A stretch of 43,895 bases of DNA, taken from a virus. Position 1 is the stretch's first letter. Each line of letters opens with the position of its first letter. A program made the position numbers and the translations under genes. The notes under the pieces are model-generated. The model saw only the letters and a program-made list of their open reading frames with translations. It searched no databases and had not been told where the DNA came from. The stretch is taken from UHGV virus genome UHGV-0356621; one strand, written 5' to 3'. Positions 18,342-26,869 of this stretch are shown one piece after another.

Positions 18342-19574
18342 TTATCCTTTGCGGTTAGACCAGAAGTCGGCGTTTTGTTTGTTCAGGGAAGCGATGCTGG
18401 TCATGCCCATATTTGGACGTTGTGCATCGCCCGTGGTGCTGCGGGTGTTTCGCCCTTTGGCAATCTCTGACACGGCGTTAAACGCCATATCTACCGATTG
18501 CTTGGGCAATTTGCGGATATCCGCATCACCGACAACCTGGCGAACCAGTGTTTTGTCAGCGGCGGACAGCACATCACGTTTGAACGCGGTCGGTTTCACC
18601 TTACGGCTCAGATCGATACCCGGAACGATAACTTCGGCACGATAAGCAGCGTCACCGGTAATCGTGGTTTCCTCTTCGTCGTCCTCACCGTCGCCGGTAG
18701 GGTCTTTGTTATCTTTGCCGTCAGGCTTATCGTCGTTATCGCCCGTTGCAGTACCTTCCAGCTTAGCCAGCAGGGCTTTGAGCAAGGTTTTGATATCGTC
18801 CTCGCCGTCGCCGGTTGGCTCTCCGCCCATTTCCGGCTTTTTGTCCGGCAATGGTTGCTGCGGTGAAAGGTTAATGTTGAGGTTAACGCCGCTCGGCAGA
18901 TCCACTTCGTCACCCGTTACCGCCGCTGGCGCAGAGTCCAGCAGTTCGTTCATGGTGTCAGCATCACCCGTTTTGATGGCCGTGCGCATGCGGGTCCACC
19001 AGCTTTTCTTTTGATTTGCCATTGTGTCTCTGTCTCCAATTGCACAACGATTTCCGGCTCTGCCTTTAGGGACAAGAGCCACATGGTTTCCGGTAATATC
19101 GACCTGCTCGGCTTTTCCGGGTTCGGTCTGCTTGTACTCAGCGTCATAGCCGCACGACACTTCGCGCAGACCATCTTCGATAAGCTGAATGGCGCTTTCG
19201 TCTTTGACGATAAGATCAGCCAGCATCAAATCAGACTGGTCACCAGTCCCGCGCCGCACGTTCTGAAGATGCCCGACAGCAAGCTCTTTCCAGTTCTCGG
19301 GATTTACCAGCCGCACATTCCCGTTTTCATCTTCAGGATGCAGGATCGTGATGCTCATCCCTTCGAATGAGGCGAGCGTGGCCGGATGGAATACCTGCTC
19401 AGGAGAGCGCGTTACGACTATCTCACCGAGCTTGTCGGGTTTGAGGTTTGGCAGATCGGCAGCGCCGTAGAGCTGTTTACCCGTTCGACCTATCGGCACG
19501 TCTTTGCACAGCAGCGAGCCGTCAGCCAGCTGATAACGGGTTTCCCCCAGCCGGGTATTGAAAAAATATTTCAT
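18342..19574 (-). CDS. Scaffold / prohead-protease-like protein (DUF2213-like)
   Basis: 410 aa with a folded N-terminal domain followed by a highly acidic Asp/Gly/Glu/Lys linker, as in scaffolding proteins. It lies between the Mu F-like gene and the capsid gene. Confidence 0.5.
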   Translation of the reverse strand: MKYFFNTRLGETRYQLADGSLLCKDVPIGRTGKQLYGAADLPNLKPDKLGEIVVTRSPEQVFHPATLASFEGMSITILHPEDENGNVRLVNPENWKELAVGHLQNVRRGTGDQSDLMLADLIVKDESAIQLIEDGLREVSCGYDAEYKQTEPGKAEQVDITGNHVALVPKGRAGNRCAIGDRDTMANQKKSWWTRMRTAIKTGDADTMNELLDSAPAAVTGDEVDLPSGVNLNINLSPQQPLPDKKPEMGGEPTGDGEDDIKTLLKALLAKLEGTATGDNDDKPDGKDNKDPTGDGEDDEEETTITGDAAYRAEVIVPGIDLSRKVKPTAFKRDVLSAADKTLVRQVVGDADIRKLPKQSVDMAFNAVSEIAKGRNTRSTTGDAQRPNMGMTSIASLNKQNADFWSNRKG

Positions 19575-19588
19575 GGTTTACCTGCGAT

Positions 19589-20362
19589 TCAGGCGAGATA
19601 AGAATGAGGGTTGGGGAAGACGATTTCTTTGTAACAGCGGCAGTTCGGGAGCTCGCCAGCGTGACCGGTCATGCCGTCAAGCGTTGGAGGTCGGCCCCAT
19701 TCGACAAACTTCCCTTCCATCTCTCGATGAGAATGCCGGACGTCGCCATCTTCGACTGTACGCCAGATATAACCATTCGAGCCGATTGACAGCGCACGCG
19801 CCTGATCCAGCGCGCCGGTTGCGCGTCCAAGCTCGGTACGGGCAATAAGGTTCGCTCGTGAGCGTGACACGTCACCGGAAGCAGCTATCTCTTTCGCGAA
19901 TGGCTCAGCGCGGCCACCAGTTACTACAGCCTCGATGGCCTTGTTCTGAATGTCATACACCCGATCGGCGGCCTCAAGAGGCAGAGATTTGATGTACTTA
20001 ATTTGCTCGGCGACGATGGATTTCATCACCTGGCCTACCGGGGCGCGGTCGACCATGTTGCGTAGTTCTGCGCTGATGTTCCGACTGTGCTGACGCCACT
20101 GCTTTTCATTCTGGCGCGCAATGTCGGCGGTGAAGCTCTCAGCAACCTTAGTCGCCCAGGGGGTGATGATTTCGCTGTAGCGCTCCAGCGCATCCATTAT
20201 TTCGGTGACGCTATCGTTTGAACCATCGTAGCGCCCATTTACGATATCCCCGACCGCCCGCGCTATCTGCCGTAGGCTCGTTCGATATCGGATCTCCGCC
20301 TGTCGGCTCTGGCGGTTTGTCGCCAAGTTCGCCGATGCCTGGCGGCGCTTCGTCTTCGGCAT
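19589..20362 (-). CDS. Head morphogenesis protein (Mu F / SPP1 gp7 family)
   Basis: The C-terminal motif DGDVRHSHREMEGKFVEW...PPTLDGMTGHAGELPNCRCY matches the Phage_Mu_F signature. It overlaps the portal 3' end by about 150 nt. Confidence 0.7.
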   Translation of the reverse strand: MPKTKRRQASANLATNRQSRQAEIRYRTSLRQIARAVGDIVNGRYDGSNDSVTEIMDALERYSEIITPWATKVAESFTADIARQNEKQWRQHSRNISAELRNMVDRAPVGQVMKSIVAEQIKYIKSLPLEAADRVYDIQNKAIEAVVTGGRAEPFAKEIAASGDVSRSRANLIARTELGRATGALDQARALSIGSNGYIWRTVEDGDVRHSHREMEGKFVEWGRPPTLDGMTGHAGELPNCRCYKEIVFPNPHSYLA

Positions 20363-21680
20363 TCTCGATATCCTCGTCGGTAATGGATGCCCCGATACCG
20401 GTGACGTCAGAGTTTTCGCGCAGGTCGGTCATCGCCGCCTTACGCGTCATCAATCCGTCGCCCAGCGCGGTGCTGATCGCGTTGGTGGTGTTTACGGCCA
20501 CCGTTGAGCGGTCAACGTCAGACATTTGCCATAGCGGGTTAAACTCAAACGTGAAATCGTCCGGCAGCGGCTTACCGAGTTCCGAGCGGTGCATAATGTC
20601 CAGTATCCGGCGCATCGGCAGCCGTAAGCGGCGCTCCTGCAATGAGCTCACCCGGTCGTAATAGTTGGCGAGGTCTGCGTCACCAGTAGAGAAGCCTTTC
20701 GGGGATTGACCGAACAGGCGCACCAGCGGGATACCAACGGCACCGCTGATCTGCTCAGCGAACTGCGAAAGAATGTCATCCAGACCGCTGAAGCTGTACT
20801 GGTGGGTTTCGAACTTATCCCGCGAGTCCATGAGCGTCATACCTTCATTGCTCTGGAACTGGCGGATCAGGTCGATGTTCTTCAGCAGCGCCTCGAACGC
20901 CGGGCCGCCAAGCGCGATAAGCTCGCGCAGCTTCTCCACGCTGTAGGTGCGCAGATGCGCTTTGTAGACCAGCTGCGCCGCGCCGACAGTGGCGCTGTCG
21001 AACGCAGTAAGCCGATCCCAGATACGCTCTACAACCGACATTCCCCATTCGTTTTCGGTCATCTTCTGCTGGAATGGCAGCGTCACCCCGTCGAAGCGAA
21101 TCAGGCGGCTGTGATGGATGCGCCAGGCCGGGATGCCCGTTGCAGTGGTCACCACGTCGTAAAACTCAGGTTTGCCGAGATCTGGCCCCATCTCTTTAAT
21201 GCGGCGGGTCAGGACCGGGTTAATCATCCAGCGGTCGAGCGGGAGAATGCCCTTAAACTTGCCTTCTCCAATGGTTTCGAGCCGCAACGGGGTCATTGGT
21301 GCCTGCCCCTCAATCATGATGAAGCCGACCGCGCCGCCGTAGAGACGCGACCATTTCAGCACGTCGTTCAGCGCATCCCAGATCTGCAACTCATCCAGCT
21401 GCGCTTCGAGGGTGCCACGGCCTTTCGCGTCAATCTCCGAAGTGATGCGAATGCCTTTCCGGGTCATATCGTCCGGGATGGCGTCGACCGCTTCGCCAAT
21501 AACCCACGATCCGCGATATGACCATTCCACCAGCATGCGGTTGCGGCTGGTGAAGTTCGCCCGGTAGGTTGATGCTGAATGCTGGTTAGGCGTCTGCATC
21601 CCCACGCGGGCGACAAAGTTCTCATAGCCATCAGCGGTGGCCTGCGCCGTTCGCTGAGAGGCTTGCTTGTTTCGTGCCAT
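20211..21680 (-). CDS. Portal protein
   Basis: About 490 aa, directly after the large terminase gene (TGATG junction at 21680), with an acidic C-terminus. This is the standard portal position. Confidence 0.8.
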   Translation of the reverse strand: MARNKQASQRTAQATADGYENFVARVGMQTPNQHSASTYRANFTSRNRMLVEWSYRGSWVIGEAVDAIPDDMTRKGIRITSEIDAKGRGTLEAQLDELQIWDALNDVLKWSRLYGGAVGFIMIEGQAPMTPLRLETIGEGKFKGILPLDRWMINPVLTRRIKEMGPDLGKPEFYDVVTTATGIPAWRIHHSRLIRFDGVTLPFQQKMTENEWGMSVVERIWDRLTAFDSATVGAAQLVYKAHLRTYSVEKLRELIALGGPAFEALLKNIDLIRQFQSNEGMTLMDSRDKFETHQYSFSGLDDILSQFAEQISGAVGIPLVRLFGQSPKGFSTGDADLANYYDRVSSLQERRLRLPMRRILDIMHRSELGKPLPDDFTFEFNPLWQMSDVDRSTVAVNTTNAISTALGDGLMTRKAAMTDLRENSDVTGIGASITDEDIENAEDEAPPGIGELGDKPPEPTGGDPISNEPTADSAGGRGYRKWALRWFKR

Positions 21681-23083
21681 CAGGCTTGCCTCCCGAGCAA
21701 TTCCCAAATATCCATTGTTGTATCGGTCGGCGCGAACGCCATTATGAAAGCGTCGGCAATGTTAGGTGAGGGGATATCGCGCTTAGCCAAATCTTTCTTG
21801 CTTTCAACCATAACCCTACCGTTACGATCAAAGTCTCGGTGCGGGGTCGTCAGCTCAAGCTTTAGTTTCTCCAGGTGCGGGCACGATGAATCGATACTTA
21901 TCAACTCATCAACAGGATATTCCTCTCCATTTTTCACCGCGTTGAACGTATTACGAAAGCGATCAGCTACCAGCCACCATGCCTGGGCTTTCAGATTGGC
22001 AAAGAAGTCTTTATTCGGAATGCCGTTATATTCAGAATCTGGCTCGTTCACACCAGCGCCAGCATTGAAGCGTTGATAATTAACTGGTCGTGAATAAGGA
22101 TTTTCACGTCGTCTGTCTTCGTTAATTTCCGAGAATTTAGCACCAGCAGAAGCGCCAACACCAATGGAGTCATAAACGATATCAGCACTTCTCTCTGTGG
22201 CTGCCTGATATGCCCGCTGGCAGCTTTTAAGAAGCTCGTCTTCTTTTGCCTTCCATTCATCAGCCCAATACACAACGGAGCCATGACGATAAACATTGGA
22301 GCACTTATCCGCACCGCTATCGGCAACGTCGAAGCCTATTCGCTTTCGTCCGTTTGGCTCAAAACCAAGCACCTTATGGGCATCTATTGCAGCCTCAATC
22401 CACGAAAGTTTAATAATTGCCGCGTCATCATCAGATTCGGGAACCCCCATATAAACGTGGTCAAACCCCTCCGGATCACGACGCTTTGCAGCCGAGATAA
22501 CCTTAAGCATGGTGTCTGAGAGGAATGGGTTTTCGTCGTAATTGATTTTTCTCACCAACGTATCTTCTGGTGGATCAACAACGAAATTACGCCATACAAA
22601 GTCAGTCACCAGACCAGGGTTAAAAATAAACCAGCATTCAGATCCGCTTTTACGAATGGTTGGTTCCAGTATCTTCCACTGGTATTCCGTTAGTGCATGG
22701 GCTTCTTCAAGCCACAAAACGCTGATACCTTCCAGGGATTTAATTTCTTCGATATTGCGCCATAAACCGTAAAACACGAATTCTGAGCCAGTGACCCGGT
22801 TGATAATTTTATTATTCAGAATTCGGAAGCGATGCCGCAGCCCAAACCGTTCAATCTGTATTTTGAGCAGGGTATAAACCGACTCTTCGATTTTGTTCTG
22901 AATTTGACGTGCGCAACAGAAACGCAGGTTGTATTTATTTGCCAGAAAGACAGCAAACCCAGCAGCATCCCATGACTTTGACGATGAGCGCCCACCAAAA
23001 AGTACTTTATTTCGAGCCTGTGTCGTCCAGAAGTTCCTTAGAGCCGGATTCAGGGTCGGTTTGGATGTCAGAGTAGAAGTCAT
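21680..23083 (-). CDS. Terminase large subunit (Terminase_3/PBSX-like)
   Basis: Walker A GGRSSSKS lies near the N-terminus, LWLEEAH is Walker B-like, and there is a C-terminal nuclease region (GFDVADSG...). The start is uncertain (ATGs at 23083-23125); all candidates overlap the terS 3' end. Confidence 0.85.
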   Translation of the reverse strand: MTSTLTSKPTLNPALRNFWTTQARNKVLFGGRSSSKSWDAAGFAVFLANKYNLRFCCARQIQNKIEESVYTLLKIQIERFGLRHRFRILNNKIINRVTGSEFVFYGLWRNIEEIKSLEGISVLWLEEAHALTEYQWKILEPTIRKSGSECWFIFNPGLVTDFVWRNFVVDPPEDTLVRKINYDENPFLSDTMLKVISAAKRRDPEGFDHVYMGVPESDDDAAIIKLSWIEAAIDAHKVLGFEPNGRKRIGFDVADSGADKCSNVYRHGSVVYWADEWKAKEDELLKSCQRAYQAATERSADIVYDSIGVGASAGAKFSEINEDRRRENPYSRPVNYQRFNAGAGVNEPDSEYNGIPNKDFFANLKAQAWWLVADRFRNTFNAVKNGEEYPVDELISIDSSCPHLEKLKLELTTPHRDFDRNGRVMVESKKDLAKRDIPSPNIADAFIMAFAPTDTTMDIWELLGRQA

Positions 23084-23762
23084 TAAGGTCACGATCTCCA
23101 TTACCGTCATCAACGCCAGCATCACGACGAAGGCGATCCGCTTCCAGAGACACTTTGTCAGTGGAGGCGAGCCGATGCTCTATAGATGCCTTTGTGAATT
23201 CCAGCGACTCAATGCGGGCCGTGTTACGGTGCATGGCCTTTTCAGCAGAGGAAATCAGCGAGTGGAGTTCCTTCGCTTTGTCATCATCGGCCAGCTCCAG
23301 CTCAGCCTGCCAGCGCCCGATATTCTCCGCCGCCGTCAGATTCGCCGCGCGCAGCCAGAACAACTCATCGTCGAGCGTGAGCAGCTTCGCGTCTTCGGTG
23401 ATTGCGTCAGAGAGCAGCATCCTGCGACCGTAGCCGCCGTGCTTCAATGCGTTCTGATTTCCGGGTCTGGAATTATAATGAGCGCGTTTCGTTTCTGGTG
23501 AGTTTGATGGTTTTGCGACTTCGCAGTTATCCACTAAGCCCGCTGGTGGCTTACTCTTTGCCACTTTCTCCTTTTGCGAATTCGCAGTTTTATTCGCACT
23601 TTTCTTTTGCGAATTCGCACTACCATTCGCAATTTTGATATAGCGCTTTGCAGTCGAGTAATTCAGTCCCTGCGCTTCGCACCATTCTTTGGGGGAAATG
23701 CCGGTTTTGGCATGTTCGGACAGGAACCGTTGCTGAAGCTCGCCCCAGTCCGGCTTTGCCAT
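23007..23762 (-). CDS. Terminase small subunit
   Basis: The N-terminal HTH (GISPKEWCEAQGLNYSTAKRYI) is followed by a Lys/Ser/Asn-rich linker and a coiled coil. It lies immediately upstream of terL. Confidence 0.7.
   Translation of the reverse strand: MAKPDWGELQQRFLSEHAKTGISPKEWCEAQGLNYSTAKRYIKIANGSANSQKKSANKTANSQKEKVAKSKPPAGLVDNCEVAKPSNSPETKRAHYNSRPGNQNALKHGGYGRRMLLSDAITEDAKLLTLDDELFWLRAANLTAAENIGRWQAELELADDDKAKELHSLISSAEKAMHRNTARIESLEFTKASIEHRLASTDKVSLEADRLRRDAGVDDGNGDRDLNDFYSDIQTDPESGSKELLDDTGSK
23572..23637. repeat. 33-bp tandem duplication carrying TGCGAATTCGCA palindromes and ATTCGCA half-sites, inside terS
   Basis: Palindromes are at 23575-23586 and 23608-23619, with a related TGCGACTTCGCA at 23514-23525. 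ATTCGCA half-sites are at 23592-23598 and 23625-23631. Confidence 0.85.
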
Positions 23763-23819
23763 GAATATTTCCTCTTAATGACATTATCGAAGCCCCTCAG
23801 TGAAGAGCTTCTGTAATGG

Positions 23820-24077
23820 CTACTTCGTTTTTGCTTCCGCTCTTTTACGGCGGCGCTCTTCTTTCTTCTCGGCGTTTGCCATGTCCATGAATGCCTGCAT
23901 GATCGAGTTCCTCATCATGTAACTGACAAAGTGATGATTGACGCAGCCGTTGAGACGGAGTTGCTCGCCAAACTGATCAACCGAGGCCAGCACTTCCATC
24001 ATGCCCTTCTCGCCTTTCATGAACTCTGAGAAGTCGCGCCCCGCTCTGGAGGCGCATTCAATGACACGATCACTCAT
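23820..24077 (-). CDS. Hypothetical protein
   Basis: 85-aa ORF with an ATGA overlap to the KilA-N gene and a Lys/Arg/Glu-rich C-terminus. Confidence 0.4.
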   Translation of the reverse strand: MSDRVIECASRAGRDFSEFMKGEKGMMEVLASVDQFGEQLRLNGCVNHHFVSYMMRNSIMQAFMDMANAEKKEERRRKRAEAKTK

Positions 24078-24571
24078 CCCGGAAGCCCGGGGATCGTAAT
24101 CTGCAGCTGGTTAGCCAGGGAGTTAATCTCAGCGACCAACACTGGCTTCGTATAGCGCCATGCCGCCAGCCCTTGTCCGCAGAAACTCGCCATGTCTTTC
24201 TTCTGGTCAAACTCATGACATTTCATGTTGAGCTGCGCACTTAAGCTGTTGCGATGCTGAAGTTCTCCGGTGAAGTAGTCATCGAGGACTTTATAGGCCG
24301 CGTACTTGAACCCGGGGTTTAACCAAGCCGCATAATCGTAAGCAACAAACTTCCCGCCATATGTTCCACCGTGTACACCGCGCTCAGTAAAAACCACAGA
24401 TTCGTGGTTTTTCTCCAGCTCGGCTAAGAACTCTTTGGTCTGCTTGTTTCGCAGGTAGTGGTAAGGCGATTCAGATTCACTTTTGCCACTGGCTTTCCAC
24501 ATATCGGTGAGGCAGATCATGCCGTCTTCCCCGACACGGATTGGTTGATTGAAGAGGGTTAATGATTTCAT
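24074..24571 (-). CDS. KilA-N domain protein
   Basis: MKSLTLFNQPIRVGEDGMICLTDMWKASGK...KQTKEFLAEL is the KilA-N DNA-binding domain pattern. The start is taken at the internal ATG. Confidence 0.65.
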   Translation of the reverse strand: MKSLTLFNQPIRVGEDGMICLTDMWKASGKSESESPYHYLRNKQTKEFLAELEKNHESVVFTERGVHGGTYGGKFVAYDYAAWLNPGFKYAAYKVLDDYFTGELQHRNSLSAQLNMKCHEFDQKKDMASFCGQGLAAWRYTKPVLVAEINSLANQLQITIPGLPG

Positions 24572-24719
24572 TTCGCTGATACCTTTTGGTGGTTGAGCCT
24601 GTTCTCGTAGATACGGGCAGCCCAAGAGCGGTCAGCGTTACCACTGCCCTATCTCAAGCTCTACCCCGAAAGGCTCTTGGTTGATATGCGCACGAGAATG
24701 CGCGTGTTTACTTCAGGCA

Positions 24720-24744
24720 TAAAAAAGCCCCGCTATTGCGAGGC
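24720..24744 (-). terminator. Rho-independent terminator at the end of the lysis cassette
   Basis: On the minus strand: GCCTCGC-aata-GCGGGGC followed by TTTTTT. It overlaps the Rz1 stop codon. Confidence 0.8.
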
Positions 24745-24996
24745 TCTTGATGATTCGATTTTCCTGATTGCTGCCTTATCCAGATTGCACTGCCCCAGCG
24801 CCGTATAGAGCTGAGTGTTTAACTCCAGACTTGCCTGCCACGTGAACGGAACCGCCATTCCGGGGATCGGCGTGTCAGCTGTCAGGTCAGCGCTTATCGG
24901 CACCACCGGGGCCGGAACGTAAACTGTCTGCGTATTCCCGCAGGCTGTCAGCAGCGGCAGAAGGAACAAGCTGGTTAGCGCACGGATCGCCTTCAA
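24733..24996 (-). CDS. Rz1: o-spanin (Rz1-like lipoprotein), overlapped architecture
   Basis: From the TTG at 24996 the product is MKAIRALTSLFLLPLLTAC, a textbook lipoprotein signal with an LLTAC lipobox, followed by a Pro-rich mature part. It starts inside Rz in another frame and extends 154 nt beyond the Rz stop. Confidence 0.7.
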   Translation of the reverse strand: MKAIRALTSLFLLPLLTACGNTQTVYVPAPVVPISADLTADTPIPGMAVPFTWQASLELNTQLYTALGQCNLDKAAIRKIESSRASQ

Positions 24997-25273
24997 GCGC
25001 CTGCCTGATGTAGACAATGCGCGTCTCGCCTTTATGGGCCAGTTCGTTCTTTGCATTCTGGGTAGCCTGTGAGATGTCACGGATGAGGTTCATCGTGGTG
25101 ATCACGTTGTTGGTGATCGCCTCTGATTTGTCTGCCCTGACCGTTTCTTTATCGCGCTGGTCTTTGTAGGCGATGGCGTTGTTGCGGTAGTGGTTCACGA
25201 AGAACGCCAGCACGCCGATTAACGCCAGCACCAGCAACTGCATCCAGTAACGTTTAACCAGCGCGCCAATCAT
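24887..25273 (-). CDS. Rz: i-spanin (Rz-like)
   Basis: N-terminal TM helix (WMQLLVLALIGVLAFFV) plus a coiled-coil periplasmic domain. ATGA overlap with the lysozyme stop. Confidence 0.8.
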   Translation of the reverse strand: MIGALVKRYWMQLLVLALIGVLAFFVNHYRNNAIAYKDQRDKETVRADKSEAITNNVITTMNLIRDISQATQNAKNELAHKGETRIVYIRQALEGDPCANQLVPSAAADSLREYADSLRSGPGGADKR

Positions 25274-25710
25274 GACAGGAACAGAGCGCGCTCCGCCTCC
25301 CGGCGACGTGTCAGCCCATTCAGCACCTTCCCACCAGCTTTATTCCAGCGCAGGAACTCATCGGCTGCACCAGCGTAATCACCAGCGTTGAGTTTTCGCA
25401 ATAGCGTAGATGTCGACAATGACCTAGCACCGAGGTTGTACGTGAACGACACCAGAGCATCGAATTGCCCCTGAGTCAGACCGACTTTAACCAGGCGGGA
25501 CACGTCACTTTCGTAGCTGACCAGTCCGGTTTTCAGCAGGCGATCCGCAGTTTCCTGCTTAATCGTCATCCCGGCGCGGATCGGTTTACCGTCGACAGGC
25601 TGAGTCCAGCCATAGCCGATCGTCCACACTCCGACGCTGTCCTGGTAGGCAGTGAGCTTGCAACCTTCGAACTGCTTGATCAGGGCAATGCCTTTATCAC
25701 TGGTTTGCAT
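25270..25710 (-). CDS. Endolysin, GH24 (T4/P22-type) lysozyme
   Basis: [36 protein letters not shown]... carries the catalytic E-8x-D-5x-T pattern. GGGAG SD is present. Confidence 0.9.
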   Translation of the reverse strand: MQTSDKGIALIKQFEGCKLTAYQDSVGVWTIGYGWTQPVDGKPIRAGMTIKQETADRLLKTGLVSYESDVSRLVKVGLTQGQFDALVSFTYNLGARSLSTSTLLRKLNAGDYAGAADEFLRWNKAGGKVLNGLTRRREAERALFLS

Positions 25711-26017
25711 CGTCAACTCCCGCCTTTTTTGCTGCAAGTTTTTTAATCAGATTGCCGATCGAATCGGTGCCGATGTATCCAATAAAGACGCTGGCTATGT
25801 AGGCGAGGTTGCTGCTCAGGCCGATAAAGTCCAGAAAGTCACGAACGAACCAGGCAATCATCGCGCACATCAGCGCATCAATTAGCGTTTTTGTTACCGC
25901 GCCGCCGTTATAGCGACCACGCAGATACGCCATGATAAAAGCCAGCATTGCACCAATACCCTGCTCCTTGGCGGCAAGTAGCGCAGCGATGAAATCTTGT
26001 TTGTATGGCATTTTCAT
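25697..26017 (-). CDS. Class I holin (lambda S / P22 gp13-like) with dual-start motif
   Basis: [39 protein letters not shown]...[12 protein letters not shown] closely matches P22 gp13 as I recall it. Met1-Lys2-Met3 is the holin/antiholin dual start, and GGAGG SD is present. Confidence 0.85.
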   Translation of the reverse strand: MKMPYKQDFIAALLAAKEQGIGAMLAFIMAYLRGRYNGGAVTKTLIDALMCAMIAWFVRDFLDFIGLSSNLAYIASVFIGYIGTDSIGNLIKKLAAKKAGVDDANQ

Positions 26018-26124
26018 AGGCCTCACCTCCGATTTTCCGGATGGTGCTGTGTGTGTTTGTAGGGGAAAGGCCGTCAGACTCTGATTGCTACATGGCATCT
26101 GAAAATGATATCTGCGGCCTGCAA

Positions 26125-26149
26125 TAAAAAAGCCCACGGCGCGGTGGGC
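26125..26149 (-). terminator. Second intrinsic terminator between the tRNA and the holin
   Basis: On the minus strand: GCCCAC-cgcgcc-GTGGGC followed by TTTTTT. Confidence 0.7.
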
Positions 26150-26199
26150 AATAGAGGGTAGTGCGTTGAGCTTTTGCTCTTATGGTCCTGGTAGGTATT

Positions 26200-26274
26200 T
26201 GGCGGGACAGGAAGGATTCGAACCTTCGACCATTCGGTTAACAGCCGAACGCACAACCGCTGTGCTTCTGACCC
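26200..26274 (-). tRNA. Phage-encoded tRNA-Asn (anticodon GUU), atypical
   Basis: Hand-folded cloverleaf. The acceptor stem is GGGUCAG/CUGUCCC with a U4-U68 mismatch. The D arm is GCAC-AGCGGUU-GUGC, the anticodon arm UUCGG-CUGUUAA-CCGAA, the variable loop 5 nt, and the T arm GAAGG-UUCGAAU-CCUUC. G73 and CCA are encoded. Position 8 is A rather than U. Confidence 0.75.
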
Positions 26275-26279
26275 TGAAA

Positions 26280-26307
26280 CGAAAAAGCCCCGCACGATGG
26301 CGGGGCT
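26280..26307 (-). terminator. tR'-like intrinsic terminator about 65 nt downstream of Q
   Basis: On the minus strand: AGCCCCGC-catcgt-GCGGGGCT followed by TTTTTC. This is the position of the Q-overridden terminator of lambdoid late operons. Confidence 0.8.
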
Positions 26308-26371
26308 TGGAATTTATTCATGTTACACACAACAATGGCAACATATACGAATTAGTTTGCTCATTTGTTCA

Positions 26372-26869
26372 TTAAATTGCAAGCACGTTGTGTGATTTAT
26401 TTGCAATTTTCCTCACATTTTCGCGATCGTTAAACGCATTTTGAAGCGGTTGGTATAAACAGAACAATGAAGCATTGATTATTTGCTTCACCTCTCTACG
26501 GATTGTCGAGATGCTTGGGTGTTTGTACTGATTGCCGCCACGCGTCTTCATAAGGCGAGGCTTACTTACTGCATGCTGCCATGATGCAATTCGGATCTCG
26601 CTGGAGTTGCAGACGTAGTAGGCGAAGATAACCCGCCAGGCATTTTCATCCACATTCTTCAGATAGTGACGAATGACAGCATCAATGAGCATCCCGTCAT
26701 CATCACTACATACCGGTCGTGATGCTTGCTGGGGCTCGACGGTAGCCATGAATCTGGCAATCATGTTGATCATCGCTTTATCAATCTTGCCGGTCTGGCA
26801 CCATGCGCCCCACAACTGGAGCCACTGGTCTACCCATTGATGCTGGTCGTTGGTTAATTCCAGTTTCAT
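26372..26869 (-). CDS. Q: Late-gene antiterminator Q
   Basis: 165 aa. WLQLWGAWCQTGK...CSDDDGMLIDAVIRHYLK...FAYYV matches the Phage_antitermQ family pattern (from memory). It is the last gene before the terminator, tRNA and lysis genes. Confidence 0.75.
   Translation of the reverse strand: MKLELTNDQHQWVDQWLQLWGAWCQTGKIDKAMINMIARFMATVEPQQASRPVCSDDDGMLIDAVIRHYLKNVDENAWRVIFAYYVCNSSEIRIASWQHAVSKPRLMKTRGGNQYKHPSISTIRREVKQIINASLFCLYQPLQNAFNDRENVRKIANKSHNVLAI

Noticed and set aside
20211-20362. 150-nt overlap between the portal 3' end and the Mu F-like gene as a possible frameshift or fusion
   Set aside because: Both frames look protein-like and no slippery site was seen. This is most simply an overlapping start or a slightly later true start for the F-like gene, and I cannot resolve it by eye.
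20706-21521. 271-aa plus-strand ORF inside the portal gene
   Set aside because: It is antisense to a well-supported portal ORF in an otherwise uniformly minus-strand operon. It has no SD and a shadow-frame composition. The same reasoning applies to 13932-14387, 11096-12111, 1914-2462, 28044-28679 and 31849-32505.
23505-23640. Repeat array in terS as a CRISPR-like or minisatellite element
   Set aside because: There are only 2-3 units, they lie inside a coding frame, there are no spacers of uniform length and no cas genes. A pac/TerS-binding array is the better explanation.
26074-26375. Track ORFs 26074-26295 (minus strand) and 26166-26375 (plus strand)
   Set aside because: They overlap the tRNA-Asn and two terminator hairpins. 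The sequence is explained by RNA features, not by proteins.
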